Of a DNA stretch of 64,000 nucleotides, positions 9,189 to 19,667 are shown one piece after another. How positions within the stretch are numbered: position 1 is the stretch's first letter; each line of letters opens with the position of its first letter. Origin of the DNA: Patescibacteria group bacterium (GTDB taxonomy: Bacteria > Patescibacteriota > Minisyncoccia > Phycocordibacterales > JAKAEA01); NCBI GenBank assembly GCA_040387855.1, contig JAZKCY010000001.1:253857-317856 (forward strand), given 5' to 3'. The position numbers and the translations under genes are program-made. The notes beneath the pieces were generated by a model. It was not told the DNA's origin. It did not search any database and was given only the letters and a program-made list of their open reading frames with translations.

Positions 9189-10064
9189 ATGCAATTCAGT
9201 AACTTTTTTTCAAATACAGTACATGATTCTGAAATAGGTGATGTCTTGAAATATGCTTTTAATGAGCGTCTTGCAGAGGTGCTCATTTTTATTGGAGGGA
9301 CAATGGTGTGGTGGGTATTTGTTGTTACGTTCTTTGGTACGTCAATGATGTTTCTCTACCTTGTCCCATTAGCATTGGCTATCGCTGGCTATTATCTATT
9401 TTATTTGGATAGTAAAGAAGTATTTATTGAGCACTATGCTGCGTCAGAAAATTATACCTATTCAGAATATGGTGAACCGTCACTACTTGAAGGATCTGCA
9501 TTTAAACAAGGTCATAGTCATACTATGAAAAATGTTATTCGAGGACATTTTGAAAATCATGAATTTCAGGTATTCACTTTTACGTATGCTCTAGGAGAGG
9601 GAAAAGAAACATGTTATTACACATCTACAGTTTTTGAACTCGATTTTGAGCATCCTATGCCGCATATGGTGCTTGTATCTCGGTATTTAGAAAATGCCGT
9701 AAATGTGATGGTAGATGGACTGCTGTCGCTTGCATATGTGAGTAAGAGTTTTCCAATGGTAAAATCAGGAAAGTCATATCTTGCATTAGAGGGGGATTTT
9801 CAAAAGTATTTTAATCTTTATATAGATAAAGAACACAGCCAGGAAGTTCTGGAAATATTTTCACCTGATGTTATGGCAGACTTCATTGATTATGGAAAGC
9901 ATTACAGTGTTGAGTTTGTCGACGATAAAATTTATATTTTCTATGGAAGTGAAGTGAATCGACGAAAAGAACTTGATGCATTTTATGCACTTGCGCGGTT
10001 GCTCACATCAAAAATGGCATTTATGTTTTTGAAGAAAAAACCTGATTGGTTGTATGTAAAATAA
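9189..10064 (+). CDS. hypothetical membrane protein (two N-terminal TM helices)
   Basis: ORF with hydrophobic N-terminus; no confident family assignment. Confidence 0.4.
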   Translation: MQFSNFFSNTVHDSEIGDVLKYAFNERLAEVLIFIGGTMVWWVFVVTFFGTSMMFLYLVPLALAIAGYYLFYLDSKEVFIEHYAASENYTYSEYGEPSLLEGSAFKQGHSHTMKNVIRGHFENHEFQVFTFTYALGEGKETCYYTSTVFELDFEHPMPHMVLVSRYLENAVNVMVDGLLSLAYVSKSFPMVKSGKSYLALEGDFQKYFNLYIDKEHSQEVLEIFSPDVMADFIDYGKHYSVEFVDDKIYIFYGSEVNRRKELDAFYALARLLTSKMAFMFLKKKPDWLYVK

Positions 10065-10065
10065 A

Positions 10066-10092
10066 AAATCCTGAGATATCTCAGGGTTTTTT
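10066..10092. terminator. bidirectional rho-independent terminator
   Basis: AAAAAATCCTGAGATATCTCAGGGTTTTTT between convergent genes. Confidence 0.6.
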
Positions 10093-10096
10093 ATTT

Positions 10097-11092
10097 TTAG
10101 ATTTTTGAAACTTTGTATTCTGCCGGAGCTTTTGATAAAAAGTCTTCGAGCTGAGCTTTTGTAAGTAATCCTTCTTGAGCACCAACTTTTTGTACTACTG
10201 ACATAGAATTGATTGGTCCCCATACAAGGGCTTCTTCCAATGTCTTTCCAAGGGCAAGAGCTGATGTGACTGTTGAAGAGAATGCATCACCTGCACCTGT
10301 TCGTTCATATGGCTCATGAGGATACACAGGCATAAACCAGGCATCAGTTCCATCATAGGCATATGCTCCTTCGATTCCATCAGTAACTACAACTATCTTT
10401 GGACCAAGAGCCATCAAGCCTTTCATGAGATTCTTTACATCTCGGTCTGTGACCTTAAGAATTCTTTGTGCTTCTTCTACGTTGCAAAAGAATACATCAG
10501 ATCGTGCATAGATATCTTTGAGTGCTTCAACTCCCATTTTCATTTGGAATGTTCCTGGCTGGAATGCAAGCTTTGTTTCTGGATGTGCTGCGAGATATGC
10601 TGAGATCTGTTTGTGATAATCTGCAGAGTTTTCACCAAGTGAGCTGAGATAAATCCATCGAGGAGCATCTTTAATATTTGGGAACTTGTATGGATATAAT
10701 TCGTGCTTCACGAGAATCGTACGTTCTACACCGTACCAAAGTACATAGTGATAATTGGTAGTAAGATCACCGTGAATACTCATGTAATCTGTTGAAACCC
10801 CGTTTTTATCGAGCTCACCAATACATTCCTTTCCTTGAATATCGCCTCCAACATCAGCCATAAGCACAGAGCGTAATCCAAGTCGGGCCGCAGACACTGC
10901 AGCATTGGCGCTATTTCCCACACCTTTTAAAATAGTTACTGATTCATAAGGAACCTTATCACCAAACGTAATACACAATTCTTTACGTGTGTGATCTATA
11001 CTGTCTTGAATTTCTGCCTGCGTAATTCTAATAAAAGCGTCGGTAACGATATCGCCGATAGCGAGGAAATCGAATGTGTTGTCCATATTCAT
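10097..11092 (-). CDS. PfkB-family carbohydrate kinase (ribokinase-like)
   Basis: N-terminal GDIVTD, C-terminal TGAGDAF anion-hole motif. Confidence 0.7.
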   Translation of the reverse strand: MNMDNTFDFLAIGDIVTDAFIRITQAEIQDSIDHTRKELCITFGDKVPYESVTILKGVGNSANAAVSAARLGLRSVLMADVGGDIQGKECIGELDKNGVSTDYMSIHGDLTTNYHYVLWYGVERTILVKHELYPYKFPNIKDAPRWIYLSSLGENSADYHKQISAYLAAHPETKLAFQPGTFQMKMGVEALKDIYARSDVFFCNVEEAQRILKVTDRDVKNLMKGLMALGPKIVVVTDGIEGAYAYDGTDAWFMPVYPHEPYERTGAGDAFSSTVTSALALGKTLEEALVWGPINSMSVVQKVGAQEGLLTKAQLEDFLSKAPAEYKVSKI

Positions 11093-11161
11093 GAGAAAAG
11101 TATATCACGCTTATGATGGTGTGGTACAATATATCTCCAGATAGACTATACACATATATAT

Positions 11162-12031
11162 ATGAAAACATTACGCGAATATATTCAAGATGCTGAAGAT
11201 AAGAAGATTGCTATTGGTCATTTTAATATTTCAAACTTAGAAGGAGTCTGGGCAGTATTTAATGCCGCAAAGAAACTTAATGTCCCTGTAATTATTGGAG
11301 TGTCAGAAGGCGAGCGAGATTTCGTTGGAGTGAAGCAAATTGCTGCTGTCATTAAGACAATTAGAGATGAGCATCAGTACCCAATTTTCTTAAACGCAGA
11401 TCATACCTATTCATTTGAGCGAGTAAAAGAAGTAGTTGATGCGGGATTTGATGCTGTAATTATTGATAACGCTAAAGCAACAAAAGAAGAAAATATCAGA
11501 ATTACAAAGCAATGCGTTGAATATGCAAAGAGTGTAAATCCAAATATTTTAGTTGAAGCAGAGCTTGGATACATTGGGCAGTCATCAAAAATGCTTGATG
11601 CAATTCCAGAAGGAGCAGCAACAGATAGAAGTGGATTTACTACACCAGAAGATGCTACGGAATTTGTAAAAGCAACGGGTGTTGATCTATTGGCTCCAGC
11701 TGTTGGGAATATTCACGGAATGCTTAAAAATGTACCAAACCCACATTTAGATATTGAATTAATTAAAGAAATTAGAACTATGGCGGGAGTGCCTTTAGTG
11801 CTTCATGGGGGATCAGGAACATCAGATGCTGATTTTACGGCTGCAATTCAAGCTGGTATTTCTACTGTTCACATAAATACAGAACTACGAGTGGCATACA
11901 GAAAGGGTATGGAACAGAGTCTTAAAGATAATGCTGATGAAATTGCTCCCTATAAATATATGAAAGGCCCACTTGAAGCAATGTCGAAAGTAGCAGAGGA
12001 TAGATTGAAACTTTTTAACAACATAGCATAA
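11162..12031 (+). CDS. fba: class II fructose-bisphosphate aldolase
   Basis: NADHTYS, LHGGSGTSD, VHINTEL motifs of class II ketose-bisphosphate aldolases. Confidence 0.75.
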   Translation: MKTLREYIQDAEDKKIAIGHFNISNLEGVWAVFNAAKKLNVPVIIGVSEGERDFVGVKQIAAVIKTIRDEHQYPIFLNADHTYSFERVKEVVDAGFDAVIIDNAKATKEENIRITKQCVEYAKSVNPNILVEAELGYIGQSSKMLDAIPEGAATDRSGFTTPEDATEFVKATGVDLLAPAVGNIHGMLKNVPNPHLDIELIKEIRTMAGVPLVLHGGSGTSDADFTAAIQAGISTVHINTELRVAYRKGMEQSLKDNADEIAPYKYMKGPLEAMSKVAEDRLKLFNNIA

Positions 12032-12035
12032 GACA

Positions 12036-12293
12036 ATGGAAGAAATCGAGTTTATCTCATCGCCAGAAAATGATAATACTTCGACAAAGCATCTTAATGT
12101 TGTAAAACCAAATTATTCTCCTGTAGTAAATTGGTTGGTTCGCAAAGGAATATTTTCTTCACTAAAGAATGCAAATAGAGCAATGATTGTAATAATCATT
12201 GCTCTATTTGTGATTTCAGTTGGGGTATTTATAGTGGGAAGTTATTATATTGAAAATAGGGCACCTCTTGAAGTGCGTTCAAAGTATAGATAG
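12036..12293 (+). CDS. small single-pass membrane protein
   Basis: ORF with one TM helix; unknown function. Confidence 0.3.
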   Translation: MEEIEFISSPENDNTSTKHLNVVKPNYSPVVNWLVRKGIFSSLKNANRAMIVIIIALFVISVGVFIVGSYYIENRAPLEVRSKYR

Positions 12294-12321
12294 TTAGATT
12301 GTTGTGTGGTAAAATATTTGG

Positions 12322-12597
12322 ATGAGTTCGGTTGAATTTGATGAGGAGGTATCTCAAGCCGCTTCCCGCCAAGCACTACCTCTTCAATCAGCACAAAATC
12401 CACATCCCGTTTTGGGTGCAGTAGGTTTAAGTACTCCACGTAGGTTACATATCTTTTCACTTGTTTTTGTAATATTCAGTTTTGTGGTATCTGCTTATTT
12501 ATTTTTTATGTTTAATAATCAAGGCAGCTCAGATGATTTTCTAGAAAGATACGGGACATCAGATCAAAGTGGCTTTTCTTCACAACAAAAGCAGTGA
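12322..12597 (+). CDS. small single-pass membrane protein, paralog 1 (C-terminal DFLERYGTSDQSGFSS)
   Basis: TM helix plus conserved C-terminal motif shared with next ORF. Confidence 0.4.
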   Translation: MSSVEFDEEVSQAASRQALPLQSAQNPHPVLGAVGLSTPRRLHIFSLVFVIFSFVVSAYLFFMFNNQGSSDDFLERYGTSDQSGFSSQQKQ

Positions 12598-12617
12598 GAG
12601 TAATAGTATAAAAATTT

Positions 12618-12824
12618 ATGCACACTAAAAAGAATCATTCATCTAAGAATTCTGTTAGTACATCTAGGAAAAAAGATATTATTTCGTTAGTGTGTGTGGT
12701 GGTATGTTTTTGTATATCTGCATTTCTGCTTCTCAACATTAATACACATTCAGAATATGAAGAATTCGTAGAAAAGTATGGGGCAATAGATCAATCAGCT
12801 TTTTCATCATATGTACAAAGATAA
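12618..12824 (+). CDS. small single-pass membrane protein, paralog 2 (C-terminal EFVEKYGAIDQSAFSS)
   Basis: Tandem paralog of the previous ORF. Confidence 0.4.
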   Translation: MHTKKNHSSKNSVSTSRKKDIISLVCVVVCFCISAFLLLNINTHSEYEEFVEKYGAIDQSAFSSYVQR

Positions 12825-13593
12825 AAAAGGTTTTACTCTAATAGAGCTTCTTGTCGTAATTGCAATAATTTCTTTGCTTTCGAGTGTTGTATTTACTGCA
12901 ACTAATGTTGCTCGTGCAAAGGCTCGTGATACACGCAAGCTTGCAGATGCTAATCAGGTGAAAACTGCGCTCAATTCTTTTAATCTTGAAGAAGAAGGAA
13001 TGCCGGGAAATTACAATTGTGATGGGAGCTATTGTTCTGGAGGAGGGGGGACATTTCTTGCTATTGAAGATATCAATAATCCTACAGACCCTCAGACTGC
13101 AAGTGGACAGGCTTACAACAGAAGCATGCAGGATTTAGTAGATGCTGGTGTGCTGGGTGCAATTCCGCATAGTCCTGGGGGAAGTCCGTATGCTTATTAT
13201 AACTATGGAATAACATCACTTGGTGCCGTTTTTGGAACTGAGCTAGAAACAGACACTCGTAGGATACATACTAGAATTGCTGTAGCAACGTTATACAGCA
13301 CAGATATGGAAAGTGGGAGGGAGGTATGTGAGACATACAGTAATAGTGAAGATGCAGGACGAGTGTACTATCTTTATTGTGATGATATTCCAAATAATGA
13401 ATGGTGTAGCCACATCGCAAGTGATCCCGGAAATTATCCTTCTCCTGGCTCGGTAACAAACAATCTTGCATATGTGGGAGAGGGTTGGCCTCAGAGTGAG
13501 TATTGTGTGCCTTTAGCGTACTCATCTGTATCGCCTGCACCCACACTTCTTTGTCAGAATAATGTATTTGAATATTGCATCATAGCCCCGTAG
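12811..13593 (+). CDS. type IV pilin-like protein (prepilin-type N-terminus)
   Basis: KGFTLIELLVVIAIISLL class III signal / N-methylation motif; Cys-rich C-terminal domain. Confidence 0.6.
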   Translation: MYKDKKGFTLIELLVVIAIISLLSSVVFTATNVARAKARDTRKLADANQVKTALNSFNLEEEGMPGNYNCDGSYCSGGGGTFLAIEDINNPTDPQTASGQAYNRSMQDLVDAGVLGAIPHSPGGSPYAYYNYGITSLGAVFGTELETDTRRIHTRIAVATLYSTDMESGREVCETYSNSEDAGRVYYLYCDDIPNNEWCSHIASDPGNYPSPGSVTNNLAYVGEGWPQSEYCVPLAYSSVSPAPTLLCQNNVFEYCIIAP

Positions 13594-13650
13594 GCTATAA
13601 AAGTATTGCAGACTATTGATTTATTTTGAATAGTATGTAGAATAACGCCT

Positions 13651-14301
13651 ATGCTTACCTTAGAATTTCAAAAGCGAGAACCCGCTGATACGCTTCATAA
13701 AGTACGGTCTGAAAACAACGTGCCTGCTGTTTTCTACGGCCCTAAGGAAGATTCAACCCCTATTTCTATTAAACAAGCTGACTTCAAGAAAGTTTGGAAA
13801 GAAGCAGGAGAATCTTCAATTATTATCCTTAAGAATGGCACAGAAGAACACGAAGCTCTTATCAAAGAGATCGATCTTCACCCTGTAAGTGGAGTAGTGC
13901 GACATGCAGATTTTTATGTAATTGAAAAAGGTAAAAAGCTCCAAGTTACCGTTCAGCTCGAATTTATCGGTATTTCAGAAATGGTTAAGAGTGGTGCAGG
14001 AAGTCTAACAAAGGTACTTCACGAAGTTGAAGTTGAGGCTATGCCTAAGGATCTCCCTCATGATCTTGAAGTAGATATCTCATCACTTACAACTTTGGAT
14101 AGTCAGATCCTCGCTAGTGACATCAAGCTTCCAGCAGGAGTAGAACTTATTACAAACCCTGAAGAAGTAGTAGCCGCTATCTCAGCAGCTCGAGATGAAA
14201 CAGAAGAAGAAGTTGTCGTAGCCCTTGATCCTTCAAAGATTGAACTCTCAGTAGAGAAAGGTAAGGCAGACGAAGAAGAAGGCGCTGGTGACAAAGAATA
14301 A
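13651..14301 (+). CDS. rplY: 50S ribosomal protein L25/general stress protein Ctc
   Basis: L25/Ctc family N-domain plus acidic C-terminal extension. Confidence 0.65.
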   Translation: MLTLEFQKREPADTLHKVRSENNVPAVFYGPKEDSTPISIKQADFKKVWKEAGESSIIILKNGTEEHEALIKEIDLHPVSGVVRHADFYVIEKGKKLQVTVQLEFIGISEMVKSGAGSLTKVLHEVEVEAMPKDLPHDLEVDISSLTTLDSQILASDIKLPAGVELITNPEEVVAAISAARDETEEEVVVALDPSKIELSVEKGKADEEEGAGDKE

Positions 14302-14395
14302 GAATGATATAATAAAACACGTGGTCCAATTAAACTTTGGCCACGTGTTTTGTTTTTGTTACTGAAACCTTTCTAGCCCGTATATTTTATATAGT

Positions 14396-15784
14396 ATGTT
14401 TACAATTCAACGTCTTAAAAAAGTTAGTATTATTATTACCTTGTGTGCCGTTATCGTGGCTTCAGGAGCAGGGATTGCCTACAATACCAATACATTACAT
14501 GCTCAAACAGCTGATGCCGTAGCAGCTCGAGAAGCACAGCTTAGAGCAGAGCTCGATCAAGTCCTTAAAGAAATCAACGAACAGCAGGCTATTCTTGCTG
14601 AAGAAAACAAAAAGGGAACTTCTATTGCACGAGATCTTGCTATTCTTACGGCTAAGATTAATGAAGCAAAGCTCAACATTCGAGCACGAAATCTTGCAAT
14701 TGAAGGTCTTGGAAAAGATATTAATCAAAAGACTACAACTATCAATACACTGACAGGGAAGATAGATGATACACGATCTTCTTTGGCTCAACTTGTGCGT
14801 AAAACTAATCAGATGGACTCTTATACTATTGCTGACGTTGTGCTTAGTAATCAGGATATTTCAGAATTTTTCTCAGATGTAGATGCCATTGATACTATTA
14901 AAGTTTCTATTCAAACAGCTTTAGGCCATATTAAAGAATCAAAGAATCAAACTGAAGAAGCAAAGAAAACATTGGATCAAAAGCGGCTTCAAGAAATAGA
15001 TGCAAAAATTTCTATTGAAGCAGAAAAAGCAAAAATTGAGAAAAACGAAAAAGAAAAGGCACGACTTTTGAGTTTGAGTAAAGAACAGCAGAAGAATTAT
15101 CAAACAACTATTAAGAGCAAAGAGTCAAAGGCTGCTTCTATTAGAGCTGCATTGTTCTCATTGCGAGATACATCAGCAATTCCATTCGGACAAGCTTTGG
15201 AATACGCCACAGCAGCTTCAAAAGCAACAGGAGTGCGTCCTGCATTTTTGCTCGCTATATTGACTCAGGAAAGTAACCTTGGAAAAAACGTAGGATCTTG
15301 CTACATGAATGATCCTGCTACTGGAAACGGGGTGCGAATTTCATCAGGAGCATTTGAAGACGGGGTTATGAAGCCATCTCGTGATGTGCAGCCATTCCTA
15401 GCTATTACAGCTTCATTAGGCCGTGATCCATTTACTACACGAGTATCATGTCCTTTTAGTACAGGATACGGAGGAGCCATGGGACCATCGCAATTTATTC
15501 CATCTACATGGATGATGTTTAAGGCTCGAATTGGTCAGGCTGTAGGTGTGCCAAATCCTGATCCTTGGGAACCTAAGCATGCATTTATGGCTTCAGCTAT
15601 CTATCTTGCAGATCTTGGTGCAGATACCGGGGTTGCTTCATCAGAACGAAATGCTGCATGTAGATACTACTCAGGACGGGCATGTGATAGTAAGGCTCCA
15701 GCAAACGCTTTCTACGGAAATCAGGTAATGTCTAAAGCTACTGACATTCAGGTAAACATGATTGATGCATTGAATGGTAATTAA
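14396..15784 (+). CDS. secreted coiled-coil protein with C-terminal lytic transglycosylase (SLT-like) domain
   Basis: Signal peptide, long coiled-coil, then ILTQESNLG and GYGGAMGPSQFIPSTW resembling SLT catalytic Glu and GLMQ-like motif. Confidence 0.45.
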   Translation: MFTIQRLKKVSIIITLCAVIVASGAGIAYNTNTLHAQTADAVAAREAQLRAELDQVLKEINEQQAILAEENKKGTSIARDLAILTAKINEAKLNIRARNLAIEGLGKDINQKTTTINTLTGKIDDTRSSLAQLVRKTNQMDSYTIADVVLSNQDISEFFSDVDAIDTIKVSIQTALGHIKESKNQTEEAKKTLDQKRLQEIDAKISIEAEKAKIEKNEKEKARLLSLSKEQQKNYQTTIKSKESKAASIRAALFSLRDTSAIPFGQALEYATAASKATGVRPAFLLAILTQESNLGKNVGSCYMNDPATGNGVRISSGAFEDGVMKPSRDVQPFLAITASLGRDPFTTRVSCPFSTGYGGAMGPSQFIPSTWMMFKARIGQAVGVPNPDPWEPKHAFMASAIYLADLGADTGVASSERNAACRYYSGRACDSKAPANAFYGNQVMSKATDIQVNMIDALNGN

Positions 15785-15825
15785 TCTTGCGCGTTTTTAG
15801 ATACTCTGATATAGTACTAGCCACT

Positions 15826-16056
15826 ATGAAGACGGAAATCCACCCAAAATACAATATAAAAGCAGACATTAGTTGTGCCTCATGTGGTAATGTTTTTACT
15901 ATGGGTTCAACAAAAGATAAGATTATTGTTGAAATCTGCAGTAATTGCCATCCTTTCTATACTGGAACTGAAAAGACCTTGGATGCAGCTGGAATGGTTG
16001 ATAAATTCCGAACACGAATGGCCAAGAAGAATCCTGCAAAGAAGAAAGCAGAATAA
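15826..16056 (+). CDS. rpmE: 50S ribosomal protein L31
   Basis: MKTEIHPKY N-terminus, CxxC...CxxCHPFYTG zinc ribbon. Confidence 0.8.
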   Translation: MKTEIHPKYNIKADISCASCGNVFTMGSTKDKIIVEICSNCHPFYTGTEKTLDAAGMVDKFRTRMAKKNPAKKKAE

Positions 16057-16131
16057 CTATAGAAACCCAACAAAATCTGCATTACCCGAATTATTCAAAT
16101 GGGTGATGCAGATTTTGTGTATAATAATCAT

Positions 16132-17121
16132 ATGAGTCTTACACCTGAAGAATTAGAGGCATTTAAGCAAAGCCATAAAACAAGCTATTTAGCTGATATG
16201 TATACAAAGCTTGTACGTGACGAAGCTGATGTTTTGGCTATGGCTGGGACTGATCCTGCAATGGCAGAATTGGCTCAGGGTGAGCTTGAAGATCTTAAGA
16301 CACAGAAAGATGGGGTGATTGCTCAACTTAGAGCTATAGAAGAGTCTGAGAAGGAAGAAGAGGAATTCCCAAATGAACTTATTCTTGAAGTTCGTGCCGG
16401 AGCAGGAGGAGATGAAGCCGCACTCTTTGCTGCAGAATTGGCAGCTATGTATGAGCGATATGCTGAGAATAAAGGATGGACATGGAAGAAAGTAGACGAA
16501 TCCCAGAGTGATTTGGGAGGGTACAAAGAAGCATCTTTTGAAATACACGGTAAAGATGTGTATCGAAAACTGAGATATGAAACAGGAGTACATAGAGTTC
16601 AAAGAATTCCTCATACTGAAAAATCAGGACGAGTTCATACTTCTACAGCATCGGTTGCTATTATGCCACTTCGAAAGAAATCAAAGTTTGTTATTAATCC
16701 CACTGATATTGAAATTGAAACTTCACGAGCCGGAGGTAAAGGAGGACAAAACGTGAACAAAGTGGAAACAGCTGTACGATTGATTCACAAGCCAACAGGT
16801 GAATGGGTTCGATCAACGGCAGAACGAAGTCAGAGTGCAAACAAAGAAAAAGCTATGGCAATCTTGAGTGCAAAACTTGAAGCACTTCAGGATGCGGCAG
16901 AAGCAAAGAAGTTTTCAAAAGAACGAAAGGATCAAATTGGAACTGCTGATCGATCTGAAAAGATTCGAACATACAATGTGTTGCAGGATCGTTTGACTGA
17001 TCATCGACTTAAAAAATCATGGCACAATTTGGAGAAGGTAATGCTTGGGGAAATCGATGATGTCATCGATGCAATGAGTAATCCTATCGATCCAAATGCG
17101 ACAGACGAGGATGAAGATTAA
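16132..17121 (+). CDS. prfA: peptide chain release factor 1
   Basis: GGQ motif region ([13 protein letters not shown]), RF-1 domain order; followed by rpsB-tsf. Confidence 0.75.
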   Translation: MSLTPEELEAFKQSHKTSYLADMYTKLVRDEADVLAMAGTDPAMAELAQGELEDLKTQKDGVIAQLRAIEESEKEEEEFPNELILEVRAGAGGDEAALFAAELAAMYERYAENKGWTWKKVDESQSDLGGYKEASFEIHGKDVYRKLRYETGVHRVQRIPHTEKSGRVHTSTASVAIMPLRKKSKFVINPTDIEIETSRAGGKGGQNVNKVETAVRLIHKPTGEWVRSTAERSQSANKEKAMAILSAKLEALQDAAEAKKFSKERKDQIGTADRSEKIRTYNVLQDRLTDHRLKKSWHNLEKVMLGEIDDVIDAMSNPIDPNATDEDED

Positions 17122-17174
17122 TAAATTATGGCTTGTTCTTAGGGCCCTTGCCTAAGGCTACAGGCTGTGCTAAT

Positions 17175-17891
17175 ATGGCTATCACTATGGCAGAAGAGAA
17201 AAATATGGTTATGAACGAAGTAATTGAGCGAATGTTTAAGGCAGGCGCGCATTTTGGTCTTACAAAATCACGCCGACACCCATCAACAAAGCCCCTTATT
17301 TTCGGTGCAAAGAATAAGGTTGAAATTTTCGACCTTGAAAAGACAAAGGATTACCTTGCGAAAGCACAGGAGTTTGTTCGATCAATTTCTAAGAACAACG
17401 GAATGATTCTTTTCGTTGGAGGAAAGAAAGAAGCGCAGACAGCAGTAGAAAAGGCTGCAAATGACATTTCTATGCCATTTGTTGCTGGACGATGGATTGG
17501 AGGAACATTTACAAACTTTCCACAGATTCGAAAGCGAGTAGAGCGACTTGAAATGCTTACTATGCAGCGAGAGAAAGGAGAACTTTCAAAGTATACAAAG
17601 AAAGAACGTCTTTTGATCGATCGTGAAATTGATAATCTAAACCGATTTTTCTCAGGCATTATTCCTATGAAGGAAATGCCAAAAGCACTCTTCATTATTG
17701 ATTCAAAGCGAGAACACATTGCTGTTACTGAAGCACAGAAAGCAGGAATCCCAGTAATCGCACTTTGCGGTACTGATTGCAACATTAAGGATGTAGAATA
17801 TCCAGTACCAGGAAATGACTCTTCAATCTCAAGTATTACTTTCTTCTTGAGTGAAATCACAAAAGCATATAAAGAAGGCCGAAAGGCATAA
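17175..17891 (+). CDS. rpsB: 30S ribosomal protein S2
   Basis: AGAHFGLTKSRRHP N-terminal S2 signature; upstream of tsf. Confidence 0.8.
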   Translation: MAITMAEEKNMVMNEVIERMFKAGAHFGLTKSRRHPSTKPLIFGAKNKVEIFDLEKTKDYLAKAQEFVRSISKNNGMILFVGGKKEAQTAVEKAANDISMPFVAGRWIGGTFTNFPQIRKRVERLEMLTMQREKGELSKYTKKERLLIDREIDNLNRFFSGIIPMKEMPKALFIIDSKREHIAVTEAQKAGIPVIALCGTDCNIKDVEYPVPGNDSSISSITFFLSEITKAYKEGRKA

Positions 17892-17903
17892 TTATCTAGA
17901 GTA

Positions 17904-18413
17904 ATGGTAACAGCTGCACAAATTAAAGAGCTTCGAGACAAAACAGGTGTATCGATGATGCAATGTAAAAAGGCACTTGAAGAAGCAGAAGGTGATATGG
18001 ATAAAGCTCTTGCTGTATTGCAAGAGAAGAGTAAGGGAATGGCAGCAAAGCGTGCTGACCGAGAATTTGGTTCAGGAGTCATTCAGTCATATGTGCACTC
18101 ATCTGGTGCTATTGGTGCACTTGTAGAACTTGTTTGCGAAACAGATTTTGTTTCTAAGAATGAGGAATTCAAGACAGCAGCTCGAGATATTGCAATGCAT
18201 GTGACTGCTTCAAACGCAGTATATTTAAAAGCTTCTGACATTCCGGAAGAACTTAAAGATTCTGCTGAAGCAAAAGAACAAGTTCTTCTTGATCAGCCAT
18301 TTATCAAGAACCCAGAGATTACTGTTAATGGATTGATTGATTCAGCAATGCAGAAGTTTGGTGAGAAGATTGAAGTAGCACGTTTCGTACGTTTCTCTGT
18401 CCTTGAAAAATAG
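17904..18413 (+). CDS. tsf: elongation factor Ts (short form)
   Basis: ITAAQIKELRDKTGVSMMQCKKALEEAEGDMDKA UBA-like N-terminus. Confidence 0.75.
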   Translation: MVTAAQIKELRDKTGVSMMQCKKALEEAEGDMDKALAVLQEKSKGMAAKRADREFGSGVIQSYVHSSGAIGALVELVCETDFVSKNEEFKTAARDIAMHVTASNAVYLKASDIPEELKDSAEAKEQVLLDQPFIKNPEITVNGLIDSAMQKFGEKIEVARFVRFSVLEK

Positions 18414-18432
18414 GAACGAGAAATAGCACATT

Positions 18433-18813
18433 ATGTCATTTTGGTTAATTCTTTTTATAACTTCTGGTAGCGCAATTGTACTGTTCATAGCGCTCAAATT
18501 AGTTCAGCTACAATTTGGCTTGTTGTTTTTCTGGCCAGGCATTCGGCAAGAACTTGAAGTAATATTAAATCAACGCAAGGTGAAAGCTGCACGATGGTTG
18601 GATATCTTCAGTGCACAGCAGATGTACATTATTTTGCACAGTATCGTAGTAGGATTGAAGGGAATTGTAGTGGCAGTACATGTATGGCTTGATCGCAAGT
18701 CGCATCGCCTTACAAGCCTCATACGAGGCCGTCATAAGGTAGAAACTAATACAAAAGCTTCACATTTCCTTCATGACATCAAATCGTTTCGAGACCGATT
18801 TCGCAAGCAATAA
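18433..18813 (+). CDS. hypothetical membrane protein
   Basis: ORF with N-terminal TM helices; no family recognised. Confidence 0.3.
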   Translation: MSFWLILFITSGSAIVLFIALKLVQLQFGLLFFWPGIRQELEVILNQRKVKAARWLDIFSAQQMYIILHSIVVGLKGIVVAVHVWLDRKSHRLTSLIRGRHKVETNTKASHFLHDIKSFRDRFRKQ

Positions 18814-18836
18814 AAGTATGATAGTATAGTCGTTAA

Positions 18837-18912
18837 GCCGACTTAGCTCAGTTGGTAGAGCAACTGTTTTGTAAACAGTAGGTCCCCAGTTCGATCCTGG
18901 GAGTCGGCTCCA
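18837..18912 (+). tRNA. tRNA-Thr (anticodon TGT), CCA encoded
   Basis: GCCGACT acceptor, D-arm GCTCAGTTGGTAGAGC, anticodon loop TTTGTAA, T-arm CCCAGTTCGATCCTGGG. Confidence 0.8.
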
Positions 18913-18925
18913 ACAAATTCGAATC

Positions 18926-19654
18926 ATGATATTTTCGCACTATAAGCGATTTCTTAGATTCAAACCTTTAGTAGGTATAGCTCTTTTTATTGTTCTAATT
19001 ATTGGAGTGTCATTTTTGATTTCCAATCCTTTTTCTGATGAAGATAAAACAGTAGCAATTATTCTCTCTCCTCACGCTGGTGATGCATATGTGGGCCTTG
19101 GAGGATTGATTGATCAGAAGGGTAGTAATGTAATAGTCGTAGATGTTTTTAACGGTACTGATACCGGGACTACAACTCCAGTAATAGATAGTACCAACAC
19201 TTCAGTACAGCTAGTAAAGCTGCAATACTCAGAACGAGATGGAACTCCTGAAGAAATAAGTATAAGTCTATCTCAAGATATTCAAGCTTTGATTAGTGGT
19301 AATAAAGATAAAATAGTATCTGTGTATGCGCCGTCATATTTTACTGATGACATTACGCCTAAAGAGCATGCAATTGTATCAGAAGCTTTCAGAAATGTTG
19401 CAAGTAATTATCCAGATATGAATGTACAGTTTTATGTATATGAAGATTTTCCTTATATAAATCAGTTTAATTTATCTTCAGTAGTATCAGTCCAGCGACA
19501 TATTGAAAACACATTCGATATTAGATTTACTAAAGTTGAAATCCCACTTACGAAAGTACCTGAGGGATCAGAATCTATTCGAGCATACAAACAAACTCGA
19601 TGCGGAGAAAATCCGAATCGAGCGTGTGAAATAGTGTATAAGTTAGAACGCTAA
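18926..19654 (+). CDS. hypothetical protein (N-terminal TM; possible LmbE-like fold)
   Basis: ORF only; weak SPHAGDAY resemblance to PIG-L/LmbE motif. Confidence 0.3.
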   Translation: MIFSHYKRFLRFKPLVGIALFIVLIIGVSFLISNPFSDEDKTVAIILSPHAGDAYVGLGGLIDQKGSNVIVVDVFNGTDTGTTTPVIDSTNTSVQLVKLQYSERDGTPEEISISLSQDIQALISGNKDKIVSVYAPSYFTDDITPKEHAIVSEAFRNVASNYPDMNVQFYVYEDFPYINQFNLSSVVSVQRHIENTFDIRFTKVEIPLTKVPEGSESIRAYKQTRCGENPNRACEIVYKLER

Positions 19655-19667
19655 ATCTAAACAAGTA

